Assembly (NCBI GenBank): GCA_046598395.1
Contig: JBKJIQ010000027.1
Location: forward strand, 51,533 to 115,532
Origin: Acidimicrobiia bacterium
GTDB taxonomy: Bacteria; Actinomycetota; Acidimicrobiia; IMCC26256; JAENVU01
DNA: 64,000 nucleotides
Direction: 5' to 3'
Every line of letters begins with the position of its first letter. Position 1 is the first letter of the stretch. The position numbers and the translations under genes are program-made. Under the pieces are notes generated by a model. The model was not told the DNA's origin. It was given only the letters and a program-made list of their open reading frames with translations, and ran no database searches. Of this stretch, positions 62,063 to 64,000 are shown piece after piece.

Positions 62063-63294
62063 GGTGCGATGTCCTCGCAATCGGGACCGAGTTGTTGCTG
62101 GGCCAGATCGTCGACACCAACTCGAGCTGGATTGGTGAACAGCTGGCCATGGTCGGCATCGACACCATGGAACACCGAAAGGTCGGCGACAACCTCCCTC
62201 GAATGATCGCGGCGCTCCAAGAAATGGTGGAGAAGGCCGATGCGGTGATCGTCTGCGGCGGTCTTGGCCCCACCCAAGACGACGTGACCCGCGAGGCGAT
62301 CGCGGCGGTGATGGGTGTACCGCTCGAACGCCGCGAGGAACTCGTGGAACACATCGCGGCGTTGTTCGGATCTCGGTTCCGCGACATGCCTCAGAACAAC
62401 CTGCGCCAGGCGGATATCCCCGTGGGCGCCGCCGCGATTCCCAACCCCATCGGCACTGCGCCCGGTGTGCGCGCCGAGGTCAACGGCAAGGTCATCTATG
62501 CGGTTCCCGGCGTGCCCTATGAGATGCACCTGATGCTGAACGAGCAGGTACTGCCGGATCTGTTGACCCGCGCCGGTGAGTCGGCGGCAATCGTGAGCTT
62601 GTCCCTGAAGACCTGGGGCCAGAGTGAGTCGGGATTGGCCGAGATGATCGCGCACCGGGTCGACGCGCAAACCAACCCGACGATCGCGTTTCTGGCTCGC
62701 GGTATCGAGGGCTTGGTCGTGCGACTGACGGCGAAGGCGCCTTCTGTAGAGGATGCCCGCGCCTTGATCGTGGCCGAGGAAGCAGAGTTGCGCGCCATCC
62801 TCGGGACGTTGGTGTTCGGCATCGACGACGAAACGATCGAACATGCCGCGCTGCACGCCCTCGAGTGTCATGGGTGGTCGCTCGGAGTGGCGGAGTCATT
62901 GACTGCCGGCTTGATCGGCGCGCGCATCGGTGCGGTACCGGGCGCGAGCCGAACCTTCCGCGGCTCGATCGCGTCGTACGCAACCGACGTGAAGCGCGAC
63001 GTGCTGGGCGTGACGGCGGAACATGTCGTGAGTGAGGAGTGCGCGCTGCAGATGGCGGTCGGGGCTCAGCGCGTGCTCGGTGCCGACGTTGGAATCGCGG
63101 CCACGGGGGTGGCCGGACCGGACGAGCAGGACGGACAACCGGTGGGGACCGTGTGGTTCGCGATCGCACTGCCCGATCGTGAGCCGGAAGCATTCACGGT
63201 TCGGTTGCCGGGGGACCGGGAACGGATACGCCAGTTCGCCGCGATCTCCTTGTTGAACGCGCTGCGGCAACGCCTCGAGTCCCTCGCCGGATGA
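62059..63294 (+). CDS. cinA: CinA-family protein (MoCF-like + nicotinamide-nucleotide amidohydrolase PncC domain)
   Basis: MRCDVLAIGTELLLGQIVDTNSSWIG...VIVCGGLGPTQDDVT...ESLTAGL. The ATG overlaps the pgsA stop (ATGA). Confidence 0.92.
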   Translation: MRCDVLAIGTELLLGQIVDTNSSWIGEQLAMVGIDTMEHRKVGDNLPRMIAALQEMVEKADAVIVCGGLGPTQDDVTREAIAAVMGVPLERREELVEHIAALFGSRFRDMPQNNLRQADIPVGAAAIPNPIGTAPGVRAEVNGKVIYAVPGVPYEMHLMLNEQVLPDLLTRAGESAAIVSLSLKTWGQSESGLAEMIAHRVDAQTNPTIAFLARGIEGLVVRLTAKAPSVEDARALIVAEEAELRAILGTLVFGIDDETIEHAALHALECHGWSLGVAESLTAGLIGARIGAVPGASRTFRGSIASYATDVKRDVLGVTAEHVVSEECALQMAVGAQRVLGADVGIAATGVAGPDEQDGQPVGTVWFAIALPDREPEAFTVRLPGDRERIRQFAAISLLNALRQRLESLAG

Positions 63295-63875
63295 CCGCAC
63301 TGCGGCGCGCGTTTCTCGCCGCGGTGCCACCCGACGAGGTGCTCGATGTCATCGCCGAGTTGGCGTCGCCTCGACCCCGGTCCGGATTTCGATCCGGGCT
63401 TCGATTGCCCTCGCGCTCCCCGTTGCAGTGGACACTGCGAGCGCAATGGCATGTGACGATCCAGTATTTCGGCAAGGTCGCAGACTCGGATGACCTCGTC
63501 GGCTCGCTCGCCGGTGCGATCGCGGTGGTACCCGCGGCGCGGGTCCAACTCCAGGGCGCGGGCGGCTTCCCCAGCGCGCGCAATGCATCGGTGTATTGGC
63601 TCGGGGTTGCCGATCCCGAGCCGTTGACCGTGCTGCACACCGCCGTCATGGCGAGCGCGAACCGGTTCGTGCGCACCCGCGACGAGACGTCCTACCAGCC
63701 GCATCTCACGCTGGCCCGCCTCCCATCGAGGAAGAACTTGAGGCAGGACGTTGCGGCATTGGACGGATATTCGATTGGGCCGGCGTGGCTCGTGGACGAG
63801 GTGGTGTTGATGGAAAGTGAATCGCGCAAGGACGGCGCGCAGTACCACCAGATCGCGCGGTTCCCCCTCGGCTGA
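63291..63875 (+). CDS. thpR: RNA 2',3'-cyclic phosphodiesterase (2H phosphoesterase, LigT/ThpR)
   Basis: Two HxT motifs (WHVTIQYFG and PHLTLARL). The ATG overlaps the cinA stop (ATGA). Confidence 0.85.
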   Translation: MTALRRAFLAAVPPDEVLDVIAELASPRPRSGFRSGLRLPSRSPLQWTLRAQWHVTIQYFGKVADSDDLVGSLAGAIAVVPAARVQLQGAGGFPSARNASVYWLGVADPEPLTVLHTAVMASANRFVRTRDETSYQPHLTLARLPSRKNLRQDVAALDGYSIGPAWLVDEVVLMESESRKDGAQYHQIARFPLG

Positions 63876-63920
63876 ATGTTCACGCTCTGAATGTTCACGC
63901 TCTGAACTCTCACGTTCTTG
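63876..63920. repeat. 15-bp tandem repeat x3 (ATGTTCACGCTCTGA) directly after the thpR stop
   Basis: Perfect units at 63876-63890 and 63891-63905, and a degenerate unit ACTCTCACGTTCTTG at 63906-63920. Each perfect unit reads ATG-TTC-ACG-CTC-TGA in the thpR frame. Confidence 0.95.
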
Positions 63921-64000
63921 GTGGGCCGCGGGTGGGGTTGGGGTCTGTGGGGGGTTGAACTGCCAGGTGTTTTGGGGGTGTTGGGTGAGGGTCCAGCCGT
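63910..64000 (-). pseudogene. 3' end of a second DUF222-HNH (REP13E12-like) paralog; apparent 1-nt indel removes the ancestral stop from the conserved frame
   Basis: 63983-64000 and 63923-63945 are identical to 39178-39195 and 39117-39139 of the complete copy, but the spacing is 60 nt instead of 61. In the conserved frame (GWTLT...TWQFNPP) the ancestral [10 protein letters not shown]-stop is out of frame. The gene body lies beyond the window. Confidence 0.5.

Noticed and set aside
63066-63848. 260-aa minus-strand ORF antisense to thpR and cinA
   Set aside because: It is the downstream continuation of the conserved frame of the frameshifted HNH paralog after loss of its stop. It has no independent coding signal and overlaps two well-supported plus-strand genes.
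38636-63916. Shared core TGAA(T)GTTCAC between the arsR array (GTTGAAGTTCACCTT) and the thpR/HNH array (CTGAATGTTCACGCT)
   Set aside because: The similarity is about 10 of 15 nt with an indel, was found post hoc, and the two arrays are not equivalently placed relative to the HNH copies. It is noted but not claimed as homology.

Overview
This is a 64-kb segment of a high-GC chromosome that looks actinobacterial. That is an inference from composition, frequent GTG/TTG starts, many 4-nt ATGA/GTGA gene overlaps and gene order. It is a compacted version of the conserved Actinomycetota translation and cell-envelope core: xerC-whiG-M23 peptidase-rpsB-tsf-pyrH-frr-cdsA-dxr-rseP-ispG, murT/gatD, sirA-cysH, proS, rimP-nusA-ylxR-infB-DUF503-rbfA-nrnA-truB-ribF, rpsO-pnp-pepR-dapB, rnj, ftsK and rimO-pgsA-cinA-thpR. 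Small accessory blocks interrupt it: methyltransferases, an amidase, a RidA/pentapeptide/lipoprotein operon, an ATP-dependent ligase, a desaturase plus methyltransferase pair, a DDN-type oxidoreductase, an ArsR+SRPBCC+DUF222-HNH island between ribF and rpsO, a TetR/diiron/GDPD/molybdopterin-oxidoreductase block between dapB and rnj, and SDR+GNAT. I call 59 protein-coding features. I see no rRNA, tRNA, CRISPR array, transposase, prophage or recognisable defence or toxin system, and I found no clear novel multi-gene system. Four things are not explained by ordinary annotation. (1) A recurrent class of 14-16-bp head-to-tail tandem arrays starts on or next to stop codons and intercistronic junctions (whiG, arsR, pnp, SDR/GNAT, thpR). 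One array forms a 25-codon bridge mini-ORF with overlapping stop/start codons at both ends, and another is a string of ATG-TTC-ACG-CTC-TGA mini-cistrons. (2) Intrinsic-terminator-like hairpins sit inside the 5' leaders of sirA-cysH and rimP-nusA and are candidate attenuators or cis-regulatory RNAs. (3) Three proteins have unusual architectures: an M23 peptidase fused to a lipase-like hydrolase, CdsA with a ~285-aa acidic N-extension, and PNPase with a ~130-aa G/S/D/R tail. (4) There are two paralogous DUF222-HNH (REP13E12-like) genes, and the second appears to have lost its stop through a 1-nt indel at a G6 run. All functional readings of these signals are hypotheses. No database search, folding calculation or exact composition calculation was possible.
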